A stretch of 63,990 nt of DNA, filler included, from Kipferlia bialata (GCA_003568945.1; 5 parts of 5 records of this genome joined end to end with filler, not necessarily neighbours in it); one strand, 5' to 3'; shown: positions 1-14,769, counted from the whole stretch's first letter. A program made the numbers and translations. The notes: generated from the letters alone by a model not told the origin.

Positions 1-61
1 CCCCCCTTCCCCCCCCCTCCCCCCCCCCCCCCCCCCTTCATGTCTATGTACTGATCTCTAG

Positions 62-715
62 GAGTGCTGGGGTGAGTGCTCTGCCGGCAAGTCGTGCCAC
101 ATGAACAGCAACCACACATGCACATGCGCCTTCTGTGGATGGTCCACCCCAGAGCAGGTATGGGATATGTTCATACTTATGCAATGCATCTATATGCCCA
201 TGTATATAAGTCCAATTATGTATACACTCATATATATATATGCGCCATCTGTGGATGGTCCACCCCAGAGCAGGTATGGGATATACATCTATCTATGTGA
301 TTATGTATATATATATGCCCCAATCTCCCCATCGATCCCAGGGCAAGGAATCCCCCCCATGTCTTTTGTCTGTGTAGGTTCACTCTCTAAGAGGCTCTCT
401 CTCACCTTATATTTCATATATGCAATACATCTCACCTCAGACTGAGTGTGTGGGTACCTGCCAGGTGAATGGCATGGAGTGCAGCCAGAAGAGTCCCACA
501 CAGCAGTGCACATGTGGGGACCAGGTACAATATTAATATGTATATATATACAGACGTATGTATGTATGTATATATATATATGTCAGAAGAGTGCCACACA
601 GCAGTGCACATGTGGAGACCAGGTATATGACCATAATAGTATATTCCCATGGCTTTCTCTCTCCCCCCCTCTCTCATACCAGTATGTCTATGATTTTGGC
701 GGTGACAGGTGCATG

Positions 716-751
<36 letters not shown>

Positions 752-1054
752 CACCCCAGTGTGTGTATGACTTTGCCAGTGACAGGTGCATGGGTGACTG
801 CGTCATGGGGTCATGCGTCCTCACATCGGTATGTCACCTCTCTCTCTCTCTGTGTATACGTGCACCATGCATCAGTCTCTGGTGCTGCTCTCTCTATCGT
901 TTCCCCAGCGTCAGGCGCCTACATACATAGCCATCTCTCTCTCTCTCACCAGGGCCACTGCACTGTATATGGCATGTCTCTCCGTCTCTATCTCTCTCTC
1001 TCTCTCTCCCTCTCCCTCTCACCCCAGCATGAGAAGTGCACTTGCAAGCACTAG
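62..1054 (+). CDS. Cysteine-rich protein, 3' part (multi-exon, 5' end off contig)
   Basis: GT-AG exons give ECWGECSAGKSCHMNSNHTCTCAFCGWSTPEQ / TECVGTCQVNGMECSQKSPTQQCTCGDQ / CVYDFASDRCMGDCVMGSCVLTS / ...HEKCTCKH* (TAG 1052-1054). Repeated C-x-G-x-C...CTC units. Confidence 0.6.
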
Positions 1055-1658
1055 GTCTTGTAAGGTGTACCATCTTCCAAAGAGACAGACTGTATGATTC
1101 TTCCCCAGTCTGGTCCTGTGAGTGTACTGCATTGTTTCCAGTATCGAGTCTATCCCACCAACACATCATATTTCCATATTACCAGGATTTCCTGACTTGC
1201 TAGTAATAGATTGCTCACAGAGTGAGAGTATTACCCTAGGACTCCTAGGCTAGAGTCCTGATGGGAATGGACCCTTTTGCATATTAGACCCTTTTCTCGT
1301 TTTTCTCACTTGTCACCGAAGACCGTGTAGTGCCTAGCACCTTCGTCACCGTCCCTCTCTCTTCACTCAGTAGTCCTTTTGGACCAACAGGACCACCACA
1401 GCAACAGCCCTTACGACCATATAGGTAGTGATAGAGTGTTAGACAAGGAGCACAGCCTGCCGAGATGCCTTCTGGTACCTCTACACGGAACATTGACATG
1501 TTGTTCGTGGTCGATTTGGAAAGGCAAGTGGGTACTACCACCCCATATCTAACAGTGGATAACTGTTACACGCCTTTAGGAGAGTGGTTAGTGTGTTAGT
1601 GTGACGTTGTGGGGTAGTACTTGCTATGTGGTTGTCATGTGCTGTGTATATCATTCAC

Positions 1659-4600
1659 ATGTCATGTCTCTCGTTCGGTGTCTCCTCCTGTCTAACTAGA
1701 GGGATGGGACCGTCTTTCGTTTTGGGCAACCACTCTCTGGGTTGCAATATCCCCCTCCCCCTCCCGTGTACTTCCTAGATACACAGTGTTATGTATACTG
1801 TATATACACGATATTTCTAACACCAGGTCTGACCCCATGACTGTGCACTTCCAGCCCAAGTTGGACAAGGGGTACCCAGTCACACGACTAGTGAGGTAAT
1901 CATAGTATATTTGTAGTAATAGTACAAGACAGTGTAATGTAGTGTATATGGAGTGATTGGATATTGGATACCTGTACGTACTCTATTCGACCTTGACACC
2001 AGGCATGGAACTCTGGCCGTTGTCCACCTGACACTGCCCTCAACACACCCTGCTCTCTCCAGTTCACTCTCCACTGGCGGCATATCCTTCAAGGTATGTG
2101 TCAAGTAGATGTGATATATACCAACTCAAGCCTTGTTCTTACATTATTTTGACTACTCATTGAGAAAGAGGTGGCATATCCTTCAAGGTATGTGTCAAGT
2201 GATTGTGATACACCAACTCTCAATGTCTTTTTTGCATAACGATATGCATATCTATACCTGAAGATGAATATATCTCTGTCTTTCTGTGAATATGGACATA
2301 TGTGTGCGGACATCTACATATCTGACCCCAGTGCAAGGTCAGTGGCATGGCAGAGTCCACCAAGATGGAGTGGGAGAGGGAGCATGGGATGCCTTCCATG
2401 CAGATGGGGGAGGATGGCAGACTATACAGGTATGTAAATATATATATGTATATATATGCCTATGTAATGGATGGCCCACACGCAGATGGGTCAGGTATAG
2501 GGCATGTGTCTTCCCCTCGGCATCTCTCTCTCTCTCTCTCTGTCTCTCACTGTAGGTTCCTAGACCTCTCTCAGGGTGATGTGTACCTTGGCTCAGTCAA
2601 CCATCGCGTAGCATATGGCCCTAGACAGGGCACCAGTGTCAGCAATGAAAGGCTGGCACTACTGGTGGCTACTGCTCTGAGGTAAACATATAGTATCCTT
2701 CTCCCCCTTTCTCTCTCTCCGTGTGTCTGTCCCTCACTCTCTCACCTGTCCCTCCCTCTCTCCCCCTCTAATACTCTAGGTGGTTCTCCAACAGACGCGG
2801 ACTGGCCAACTGCGTAGAGAGGCTGACCGAGAGCAACCACTACTTCCTGTGCCCTATCTCGAGACCTGTCTACACCCCCCCTCCCCGTGCCACCAAGCCC
2901 TCTACCTATCCCACTACCAAGTACGGCCTGCCCCTTACTGGCATCAACGAGCACTACTCCATCCCAGACGCCATAGCTGTGTCAGGGGCGCTAGAGGGTG
3001 TAGCAGGTGCAGTAGCAAGAGCAGGAGTGTTCCTCGGCTTCGACGCTAGGGACCTCTTTGCGGCAGATGCTCTTCCTGTCTGTGAGAGAGAGGCAGTGAG
3101 GGGGCTAGACACCCCAGACACACTCAGGAGCATGAAGAGTGTATCTTCTGCTGGTCTCTCTCTGTATATCAGCACTGTCGAGAGCAGAGACAGCTGGGCT
3201 GACAACACCAGGGTACTCGATGACGTCTACAGAGTACTGTCACTCACTAGCAAGGAGGGGGTGTCTCAGTCTCAAGCAGCAGACCTTGGCCGTCTGGTGA
3301 CACAGAGTAGCCTGAGGACCAGTCTCGCCCTCATACAGCTGAGAGGACTCATACCAAAGGTCCCCACTGCCTTCTGGTGGCCGGTCATGCAGGTGGGTGT
3401 GTGACACTTACATCACAGTACCACACTATATCGTACTACTTTGTTTGCGATGTTGACCATAATTCTTCCTGCTCCCATGGTATATGTAGTACCTAATTTG
3501 AACTCTAGCACCACCTGGTTATTCATATATATACACGTGTGATACATCATCATATACTCTCTTATGTATCTACTAACACCCAGCACTGGATGCATTGTAT
3601 TCTATTGACATTTACAGTCTGATACAATTACATCTAGTCTTCTGACACTCAGCACTGGATGCAGTCCCCTGGCACTGACTATCCTGGGCCAGGGCAGTCA
3701 GTGCCAGGGCCTGGCCTCACCTTCCTGTCAGACCTACCCACAGACACCAACCCCCTAGAGTGCAGTGCTATACTAGACATCGCCGAGGAGTGTGGCATGT
3801 ACAACCCATATATGTCTCTGTACGAGGTACTCCTGATGCCTTCTCTGTACCATAGCGGGGCCAGCACTGTCCTTATGAGGATAGAGTGTGTCCAAGACCT
3901 ACGCGGTCTCCGCCAGGAGGTGCCTCTTCGTGTAGTCATGGGTCCACACATAGACACATACATCAACCTCCTGCCTCAGCTGCTCACGGCACTGGATATA
4001 GCAGATACCATACCAGTGTTCACTGCTACACTTGAGAGTATGGAGCGGACTAAGGGTCTCCTGCATGCCCTACTAGAGGCCCAGCATGTAGATGGTGTGT
4101 ACAAGAGACCTATCAAGCAGTGTATCGGGCTGGTTAGACAGCTACTCGCTGAGGCTCCAGACACAGCAGTGAGTGAGGTACCAGCGCTGCTAGGAGGCAG
4201 TGATCATGAGGGTGTGGTACTGGTAGTAGAGGCTGACACCATTCTCTTCAGGCACTTCCTGGCAGACCCACAGCTGCTAGGTATTGCCCGTCCCGAGCCA
4301 GGGATACTTACTAGCACAATGGTTCCGAGTGCTGATGTATCTGGTGATACAGGTGTGTACACTTCACCAGTGAATGGAAGTATCAGAGGGAGTGAGGATG
4401 GACAGGGGTCCACAGCTGAGTGGGAGGGAGAGGAGTCAGTATGCACTGTGCGTGGCAGTACCGAAAACAATCGCTCTGTGCAGCATACACATCTGACAGA
4501 CAGCATACCCTGCACTGTCAAGACAACCAAGCTTCCACACACGCTGGCACGAGTGTCTGTCTCTCCCAAGCACTCAGTATCTCCTGCGATCTCTCTCGTT

Positions 4601-4768
4601 AGTCCTGAGACCGCAACACCTCTGTCAGTGGACAGTCACACTAGGCTATGGGAGGTAGAGAGGAGCGAGACTGGGGAGAGAGAGGGACAGACAGAGGAGG
4701 TGGGAGAGATCTTCAAGTGTCTGGTCGACAACCTGTACACCATGCGCATTGGAGAGTACATGTACTAG
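1659..4768 (+). CDS. Hypothetical protein (multi-exon)
   Basis: Exons at about 1827-1890, 2003-2093, 2332-2429, 2556-2681, 2781-3392 and 3653-4768 have canonical splice sites. The last exons match the 141-aa and 369-aa ORFs. No recognised domain; start codon uncertain. Confidence 0.55.
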
Positions 4769-5210
4769 TGGAGTAGTAGTGACTGGTTCTCAGGACCAGT
4801 GGTTCTGCGATAATAAAGTGTCCATGTATTGACCAAGTGGGAGATATTATAGAGTACTGGCTATGGATTTAACTGGTGAGGACCCTTCTCAGTGAGAGGT
4901 GTATGTGTAACTCTGAGGACTCCTCAGTGAGGACACACTATTCTAATTATAGAGTGTACGTACGCAGTACCAGGGTGTTAGGTACATATATGTGTCAGAC
5001 CTATATATATATCTGATTGCAGTTGTGCCTGTTTCTTTCTGAGACTCAGACTCTGAGACAGTGTCACAACGAATGAGAGGTTTCCCTTGCTCTAGCTCTT
5101 CGGGACACTCCTGGGCCCTTATTCTCATTATTGTCTAGACGTCTAGACGTCTTCTCGTACTGAGATACGAGCCGCTTCTTTCATGTGTGTCTCTGCACTG
5201 ATAGGCTCTG

Positions 5211-5670
5211 ATGGGCTACTTTGAGGACAGTGGTGGCATCGACGGCTACGTGTCACGCAACCTCCACCTCTACGGGGTCGAGATGCACGACTACGATGAC
5301 TATGATGACGATATGGGATACGACAGTAGGTATGGTATGGTATAGTTACCTTCTTTGACTATAAGAGGGCTCTAAGTGAGTATATCTGATGTATATGTAT
5401 ATGATACGACAGTGGGTATGGTGCCTTCCTTCTTAGTGCACACTCCGCATGATATCACATCTCTCTGCTTATGTGACACATTGAACATCTATTGACACCA
5501 GGCACTGTGATGACTACTGCCATGGCATACTGTGTGGGCTGTGCAACAGGGTGTTCAGTGTAGATGCCCCAGAGGGTGAGTGGCAATGATATACATCAAT
5601 CAGAGTGCCCTGGTTCTTGTAGTCAGTCTCACCACCAGAGTTTGCTGAGCACCTCGTCACAGACCACAAG

Positions 5671-5706
<36 letters not shown>

Positions 5707-7376
5707 CCCCCCCACACACACATGCACACTCTCTCACTCTACCCTTACTCTAGACTCGTCACAGATCACAAGGTATCAGTATCCTAAATAATATCCTATA
5801 TAGTATCCTATATAATATCCTTATATAACCTACTACGTATACATGGTAGTCTATACCCTGGTATATATAGTATATATCGTCACAGACCCCAAGGTACATC
5901 CAACCACTCTCTCTCTCTCTCTCCCCCCCTCCAACACACATACACACTCTCTCACTCTACCCTCACTCTAGACTGTCCCCATCTCACTCACTCCCTCCCT
6001 CACTCTCTCCCTCCATCCCTCACTCCCTCTCACTCCACCCTCATTATCTACCCTCACTCCCTCCCTCTCTCACTCTAGACTGTCCCCCGTATGTATGGCT
6101 GGTCCAACCCCAACGCAGAGCACTGGGCGCCTCGGTAAGTATATATATAGGATATATAGTACATATAGTGTATATAGTGTTTATAGTATATATATAGTTC
6201 CAACTCCAACGCAGAGCGCTGGGTGCCTAGGTAAGCTTCGTCTCTCTCTCTTAATCAAGTGAAAGAACCCCCTCTCCCTTTTACACGCAATGAGGATCTT
6301 TATTGTTTTGTATCACCTCACTTTCTGTAGTTGCTACCTGCACATAAAGTACATATAAGTATAGATAGATAGATTGATATTTATATATAGTTATGTTCAT
6401 AACTACATTTCTAATTACTCTCTATATCGATCTCAGGGTCTCTCTCTCACCATATGTGCCTTCTATACTGCTAGGGACGTATATATCTATATATATATAT
6501 ATACTATTTTATATATAGTATATAAATACATATGTATGATACTCTATATATTTACCTACTGACTGATAGGAATGATGCCCGCCGTTTCGTGAGTGACTAC
6601 TTCTTCGCAGACACAGAGGTATCTCTCTCTCTCTCTCTCTATCTCCTTCATAGTCAGAACACAGAGGTATCTCTTCCTAATTATCCTAGGGTGACTTCCA
6701 TACCCACATCACCTCGTCGACATACTTGCTCTCTCTCTCTCTCACTCTCTCTCTCTCTCTCATAGTCAGAAGAGGGCTGAGAGGACTCTTGCCCAGCAGC
6801 GCCTCAGTGCCGCAAAGAAGACCAGGGAGAGCTACAGTGGCAAGAAGAGTGGCAGAAGTGTGAGTGCCAACTATATATTTATATATACGCACACACACAC
6901 ATTATATATATATATATGTGTGTGTGTGTGTATAGTATCAGAGTATATATAGGCCCTAGCTACAGTGGTAAGAAGAGCGGTAGAAGTGTGAGTACCAGCT
7001 ATATGCTACCATCCGCTTCTCTACCTCCCCTGATATTCCGTGGTGTTGCTCTTCGTACTACACTAGTATGGAGCCCTCCCGGCCTCTACCTCTCCCTCTC
7101 CGTATCTCCTTGTCCATCACTCTCTATATGTATATTTGATTGTCCCTCTTTAACCCAGGTGAGATCCATCGACGTGGAGGAGGTGTTTGTGTGCTATCGG
7201 TGTCACGAGAGGTATCAATCAAGTATATATGTGTACTATATATGTATCATGATATATGATGAGGTATCAGAGATGCTAGAGTATATGTATATGAATGTAT
7301 AGGTGTAAGGGATATATGCCAGCACCAGCACTAGCGCTCTGGTTGGGGGTGCATACTATATATATATATATATATA

Positions 7377-7414
<38 letters not shown>

Positions 7415-8204
7415 CATGTTTACGTTTACGTGTCTCACAGTATCCCAACGCATGTGATGCATGCCCTCGTGTATTGCATATATTGTATTATAGAGATTGT
7501 ATCATTATTTTTAAGAATTTCCGAATTAGTGAATAAATGTGTATTCTATTATTCACCTTCTTCTCACCCAGCTATGATGCAGACGACTACGTGTTCACGT
7601 CATTCGCTGAGGTCAGTTTTGTAGTATCTATAGAAATTACAGTTTACAATTCTAATTAGATAGTAGTTATAATTTGTGACCCCAGCTTGTGGCCCAATGA
7701 GCACAGGTGCCAAGGTTATGATATACTTACACACTATAAACTATATACGTCATTATAATAGCTTGTGGCCCATGAGCACAAGTGCCATGGCATGGTATCC
7801 TTCTCTCTCTCTCTATATATATATATATAAAAATATATTATTATATATATATTTGTATATATATATATATGACCCCAGCTTGTGGCCCATGAGCACAAGT
7901 GCCACGGCATGCACACGCACAAGGCAGAGTGCCCAGACTGCCACAGGTACTCTCTGTAGATATATGTGTATATGTATGTATGTATGATATATATATATAT
8001 TTATGTATACACTGCACAGTATATCCAGACTGATGAAGACACACAAGGCAGAGTGCCCGGTTTGTCACAGGTACACATACTCTCTCTCTCTCTCTGTCTC
8101 TCTCAGACACACACTGTCTCTCTCTCTTGCACACCCTATCTCTCTCTCTCTCTGTCTCTGGCTCTCTCTGAGCCACTCACCCCAGGCAGTACATCTCCCT
8201 TCCC

Positions 8205-8236
<32 letters not shown>

Positions 8237-8821
8237 GTTTCGTGTGTATATATGAATGACCCCAGGCAGTACATCTCCCTCGCAGCATGTGTGCAGCACA
8301 GCAAGACAAGGTGCCACATATACCATATATATATAAACATCCTCTATGATATAGTATAGTATGTCATGTACTCAAGGTGCCACCCCGTCATATACTCTAT
8401 CATATACTACTATATAGTATTCTTAGTGTTATACTATAGTATAATACCATTCTATTATGTTATGTGTACAATAATATATTAGTAAAATTCATATCCCCTC
8501 ACATATGAAATGATATGTAATGTATATAATTCATACAATACAATATCTAATTACTCACCGCAGTGGATGTCGCCTGGACGTGGCAGCTGTGTACAGACAG
8601 AGCCTCAGGTGGGTACACAGGGTGTATAATAATGTATATTTTAGTATGTGTATATGTGTTTAGTACATATGTATATGTGGATGTATGTAAATAGGTCATA
8701 TGTATATATCATATGTATATTTATGTATGTGTACAGACAGCGCCTTTGGTGGGTGCACTTTGCAGTCATGCTCTAGTTGAATCAACACCTGCTCTCATGT
8801 ACCCCCCCCCCTCACCTAAGA

Positions 8822-8856
<35 letters not shown>

Positions 8857-10728
8857 CCTCACCCTAGGGTTGCTGACGACCTCCTCATGTATATATTTAT
8901 ATAATACACATTATGTTTTATATACATTCCATATGTATACTCCCTGACTCTGATCCTACACTCACCCTAGGGTTGCTGACGACCTCCTCATGTCACTCCC
9001 TGACTCTGATCCCGGGGCATATGACAGAACAGGTACCAGCCCTAATATTCATTGTATATAATATATTTAATACAATATATATATTATATACACCATATGT
9101 ATACTCCCTGACTCTGATCCCGGGGCATATGACAGAACAGGTGTGTAGGGATATATTTGTATTGAGTACTGGTACCATCCTTATAAGAATACATACATAG
9201 AGAGAGAAATACTCCCTGAGACTGATTCTATGCACAAGTACCAGCCCTAGTATTCATTGAATAATTTATATACAACACATGTTAGTTATTCCATATGTAT
9301 ACTCCCCGACTCTGATCCCGGGGTATATGACAGAACAGGTAAATAGGGATATGGATGTATATACACACACATATATATACACATAGCAATTGAATATATT
9401 GTCTCCATCCAGAGATTACATAGGGTGTATACCATAGATAATGATGCTGATACTGTCTCTTTACTCTCAGGGGAGGACCTACGTGCAGCCGTGAAGAGAC
9501 AGTGGGAGAGAGTGAGGTAAGACAGTAACATTCGTTGCTATTCTCTTTGATCATATCTACCTCTACACCGGCGAGTGTATGGACCGACCACGATGTGGGT
9601 TTCAAGACCTCTCTCCATCTATTTTGTCTTCTTTTCAACCACATAGAAGGCTCTCTATTCCAGCCTGAGCACTCAGAATGTCTTTCCGCATTTGTATATA
9701 TAAATGTATACATGTATGTTATCCCATTTCCCCAGGCTTTGGGTACAGAGGGTGACTTCTGATACTCCCCCCCATATTATATATATATATATGTATGTAT
9801 GTATACTTACCCTAGGAACTGGGAGGAGAGTGCTGTTGTCAAATACTCTCCCCATATATATTTATGTGTATATACACTACTATATACATACTAATATATC
9901 TCCCTACTAATTAGTGTCAATATACGCTGACCATAGGACTACAATATATATACACTTACCCATATATATATATATATAAATATATATATATATATGCTGA
10001 CCATATGAACATGGAGGAGAGTGCTGTTATCAGACACAGGAGCAGGATAGACTATATACATTAGAGATGGTGGAATATATATATATACATGTATATACTA
10101 CTATCCCCTTACTCCAGGAACTGGGCAGAGCGGGGATCTAATATCATTATATATTTATATATATATGCTAACCCTAGGAACATGGAGGAGAGTGCCATTG
10201 CCAGGCAGACACAGGAACAGGAGAGGCTCTCCCTGGCAAAGAGGCGGAAGGTACCTGCTACCTGGTGGATGATGGTACTCCCTTGAAGTATTTCATTTCT
10301 TGTATGAAGATGTATTCTATTAGGACGAAGACGTTTCTTTTCTTTCTATCAGTCTTGCCAATAGAAGGAAGGTACCTAGTAGATGGTTATTCTCTCTTAC
10401 TATCAGTCTCTATCAATCTTACACTCATGCAGGTGACATCACTATGCGGCTGTTTGTTCCCTCTTGAAGATATGTAATTCTTACTTACAGTCTCCATCAA
10501 TCTTACACTAAGGCCGGAGACATGACCGCCTACTCGGAGGTGCCAGAGGACATCTACGATGTCACGGCCAAGGTATCTCATTCTCTCTCTCTCTCTCTCT
10601 ACACCCTTTAAACCAGATGTCACGGTCAAGGTGTATATACTCTCTCTCTCTCTCCCTGTGTGTCCTACCTCTCATACTCTCTCTCTCTCTCTCCCTCTCT
10701 GTCTCTCCCTCCCAGGGGGCCCCAGCTC

Positions 10729-10764
<36 letters not shown>

Positions 10765-11173
10765 CCCCTCTCTCCCATCCCAGGGTGCCCCAGCTCCCTT
10801 CCTCTTCTGCAGACACAGAGGCCCAGTCACAGTGACTGCCATAGGGTTAGAGGAGTGCCTAATATACATATACATATATCATTTATCACAGAGACAGCCA
10901 TGGGGTTAGAGAAGTACCTTTATGTACACATCTACATTCACCATATTACTAGTACTAATGTTATATATATAATACAATCTTACATAAGGATAGAGAAGAC
11001 CAAGGACCCATGCGACTTTTTCTTCACTCAGGACTGTGTGCAAGGTATGCCTCCACGTTATCCATATTTATATACATATACATTGTACCTCTCTGACATT
11101 GTACTATGCCAATTTTCGCCAGGTATCTCTCTCTCTCGCTCGCTCTGTCTGTCTCTCTCTCCCTTTTCACACA

Positions 11174-11219
<46 letters not shown>

Positions 11220-14200
11220 GTCTGTCTTTCTCCCCCCCTTCTCACTGTAGACTATGCCAGACATCTCCACCTGGTCCATCGGGAGGTGGCCTCTCTCTAC
11301 ACCTGGGACGACAGTGGCCTATACGCAGACGACCAGGTATTTGACTACATACTATTCTACTAATTATTTGACTATTTACTAATTATTTTGACTATTTACT
11401 ATTTTACTAATTATATATAGTCATTAACCAATGATCTATATGTGTTACGACAGTGGCCTATACGCAGACGACCAGGTATGTGACTATTTGACTAGTTACT
11501 ACTATTCTAACTATTTATAGTTATTAACCAATGACATATATGTGTTACGACAGTGGCCTATACGCAGACGACCAGGTAACTAAATGTCTGACTTTGAATT
11601 ACTTCTACTAGAGTATTATTTACCAATGACCTGTATGTGTGTCTACTATTCCTGGTAGTATTTCAATTAGTGATTCTTTCCACTGCCATAACGGCAGCCT
11701 ACCTATACTTCAATGGTATATTGTATGTTGCTGACCCCCCTAGTATGGCGCTGAGTCCTTCTGCGATGACTACAAATATATATACAAGTATTTATAATCA
11801 TATGTATATATATGAATATATGTATAGGTGATTAATTCCTTCTTTTCTTATGCTAGTATGGCGCTGAGTCCTTCTGCGATGACCACGAGTGGTACCCCAG
11901 GCCAGTGATCTCAGAGGTCTTCCACTGCAGGTGCACTTCCCCTCTCTCTCCCTCTTTACCTACCACTGTAGGTGCACCCTCTCTCTTTCGGAACCTACAT
12001 CATGTATAACTCATTGCTTCGACACTTCCTCTAACACCCTGATACTGATACTGACACTAACATGTGTTCCACTGCAGGTGCACCTACTCTCCCCTCTCTC
12101 CCATCTCTTCCGTCTTCCCCTCTTTCCCCTCTTATTTCTCTTCCCCCTCTTTCGGGGCCTACAACATGACCCATTACTTCAACCTTTCCTCTTCCTCTTC
12201 TCTCTCTCCTACTGTCCCTGTTACTCTGACACCCAGTAGGTGTGCCCAGGTCTTTGCCGAGTTCAACGAGGTATATATGTGCATATAATTATGGTGTATT
12301 ACATATATATGTCTCTCTCACATGGACTCTCAGTCCCACATCTACCTTCAGATGATCACGCACGAGCTGCGTATGCATAGGATGCACACCAGACCCGCAC
12401 GGTGCAAGACCTGCGAGAGGTACAGACTATGTATACTTTCTCTCTATATATGACTATAAATATGACTCTATATATATATGTACATGTATGTATACTATAT
12501 GTATATATATGTGTGTGTGTGTGTTTACTATATATCCTAGTGGATGTCCCGCGAGTGGTACTTACTAGACTCGTCCACACATAGCCTGGCTCATATATGT
12601 ATATATTGGTGTATACTGTATATATACTAGATCTGCACGTTGCATGTCCTGCGAGAGGTACAGACTATACAATCTCTCCCGTGGTACTGGACTCATCACC
12701 ACATAGCCTGGTGTTCCTGATTGCCTCTACGCTTCTTCCTCGGATATATATATATATACATACCATGTGTATACTCACAACCAGAGACTTCCGGCGTCAC
12801 GCAGACTACATCAAGCACACCAGGGACAGCAAGTGAGTACCCACTACATCTAGTACACGTCCCTACACTAGAAATACCATTTTACACTGTATTAATTATC
12901 TACCATGCTAATTGTTTAACATACAGGTACTGCAGCACCGACTTCAATGACGCATACGCCCAGAGCATTGGTGCAGAGAAGCCATCAAAGGACGTCATAG
13001 AGAACCTCCTCAGAAAGAGTCAGGACAAGGTTTGGGCAGACCAATAATGCATATATTCTTTGAAGCTACAAGGAGCTGGGACTCACATTAGGCTCGGGCC
13101 AACTACAACGCAGCCCAGGCGAGATACAAGGCGTCTGAGCCAGCTAGGAAGGCGCAGATGAAGGCGAGAAGGGAGGCTGCGTCTGATTACGGGGCAGAGT
13201 ATGAAGAGACAGAGGAGGAGACTGAGGGAGAGAGTGAGAGTGAGAGTGAGGCAGAGGTTCCCAACCCGGTCACGACTGCCTCTAAGGCTCCAGCTAAGCC
13301 AGTGGCCGTGAAGGATGTCGCCAAGCCCGTGGCAGTTACGCAAGTCGCCACAGCTCCTACCACCACATCCGTACCTGCCACTGCCACTCCTGTAGCCAAG
13401 CTTGCAAGTGGTGTTACCCCTGTATCCACCACAGCTGCACCCACTGCATCGGACTCTGTGACTCTCTCTCGTGATCAGTACAACTTGCTGTGTGCCCAGG
13501 CCAAGAAGGGAAGAGAGGCAGAGAAGGAGAGAGAGAAGGAGAAGAAGGAGGCAGAGGCTCAGCAGGCAGCTCCAGGTGCCCCGCCTCCTCCTGGTCCCAC
13601 CAACACCCCCTACGACTTCCTTATGGCTCTGAAGCCACTGAATAAGTGTGTTACCGCTCTCGATGAGTGCAGGAGAGCCCAGGCTCTATACCGTTCTCTG
13701 CCCCAACCTATCAGCCAGGTACTGGGAAAGGCCAGTATATATATAGATGTATGTATTAAAATATATGTATAAAAATATATAATATCCAATACCGGTCTCT
13801 GCCGCAGCCCATCAGCCAGGTACTGGGAAACGCCAGTATATATATATAGATATATGTGTATATATATAATATCCAATACATATAATGCCCCAGCCTAACA
13901 GCCAGGAGACGACAACGGCGCATGAACACCACGCCTCGTACATGTACATCGGCCTCACATACAAGGCATGGTATTGCTATTTATACATATATGGTATGTT
14001 AATATAGATACATGATATATATAATACAAGGCACGGCCTACACTGCAATATATATAGAAATGGATATAGATAGATAGATAGAATATAGTGATACATATAC
14101 ATATACTGGTACTAATGTCAGGCAGGGGCCCAAATTGCTCTCTCTCTCTATAAATTTATACAGACAACTAGATAGATTCAGTGATATACATATACATATA

Positions 14201-14429
14201 CCTATACTAATGTCAGGCAGGGCACGACAGGAGCGAGGCACTGCGTGGGTACACACACTACCTCAGGCACGAGGAGACTAATATGAGTTACTGAAGTACA
14301 GTGGTATATACTGATACTGATACTAATGTCAGACACAACGAGACCCCGACAGAGACACTCAGACTGACCAAGGCCTGGGCTGCCAAGATGGGCCTCAAGC
14401 TGATTGGCAAGACAACCCCACAGAAGTAG
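5211..14429 (+). CDS. Multi-C2H2 zinc-finger protein with an internally duplicated finger module, a low-complexity region and a TPR-like C-terminus
   Basis: Splicing more than 20 exons gives CGLCNRVF...EFAEHLVTDH, CPDCHRQYISLAACVQHSKTRCH, CAQVFAEFNEMITHELRMH and CKTCERDFRRHADYIKH. These are followed by the 13158-13717 Ala/Pro/Glu-rich exon and YIGLTYKAGHDRSEALRGYTHYLRHN...PQK* (TAG 14427-14429). Confidence 0.7.
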
Positions 14430-14769
14430 ACTGGCGGATAGCTTTGAGGATACAATTTGTGTATTATGGAATATATGCCAACCAGTGTTCGAGAGGCCCC
14501 TCTCGGTGCAGAGAGTGTGTCCATCTCTCGAGTCAATTCAATATATGAATCGTTCTATTTGGTTGGGGAAGAGGGGTTGAACATGAAGATCATGCGTCAG
14601 ATTGTGTGTGTATGCGATGTTGCCATTGTAGGTGTGTATATATACATAAATAGTGCACATATATAAAAGAGAGAGAGGTTTTTGCCGTTTGAGCCCAACT
14701 CTTGAGAGACGCTTCAGAAGGCCAGATTCTGGCCAGAATCGGAAAGTCGGAATTGCCGGTTTCTGTTTC

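Noticed and set aside
432..11363. ORFs rich in YI, SL or ER dipeptides
   Set aside because: They are translations of (TA)n, (CT)n and (GA)n intronic microsatellites.
14680..14765. Short motifs (AGCCCAA, TTGCC, GGAAAG) shared with the 58380-58460 promoter region
   Set aside because: The motifs are too short and there are only two instances, so they cannot be distinguished from chance.
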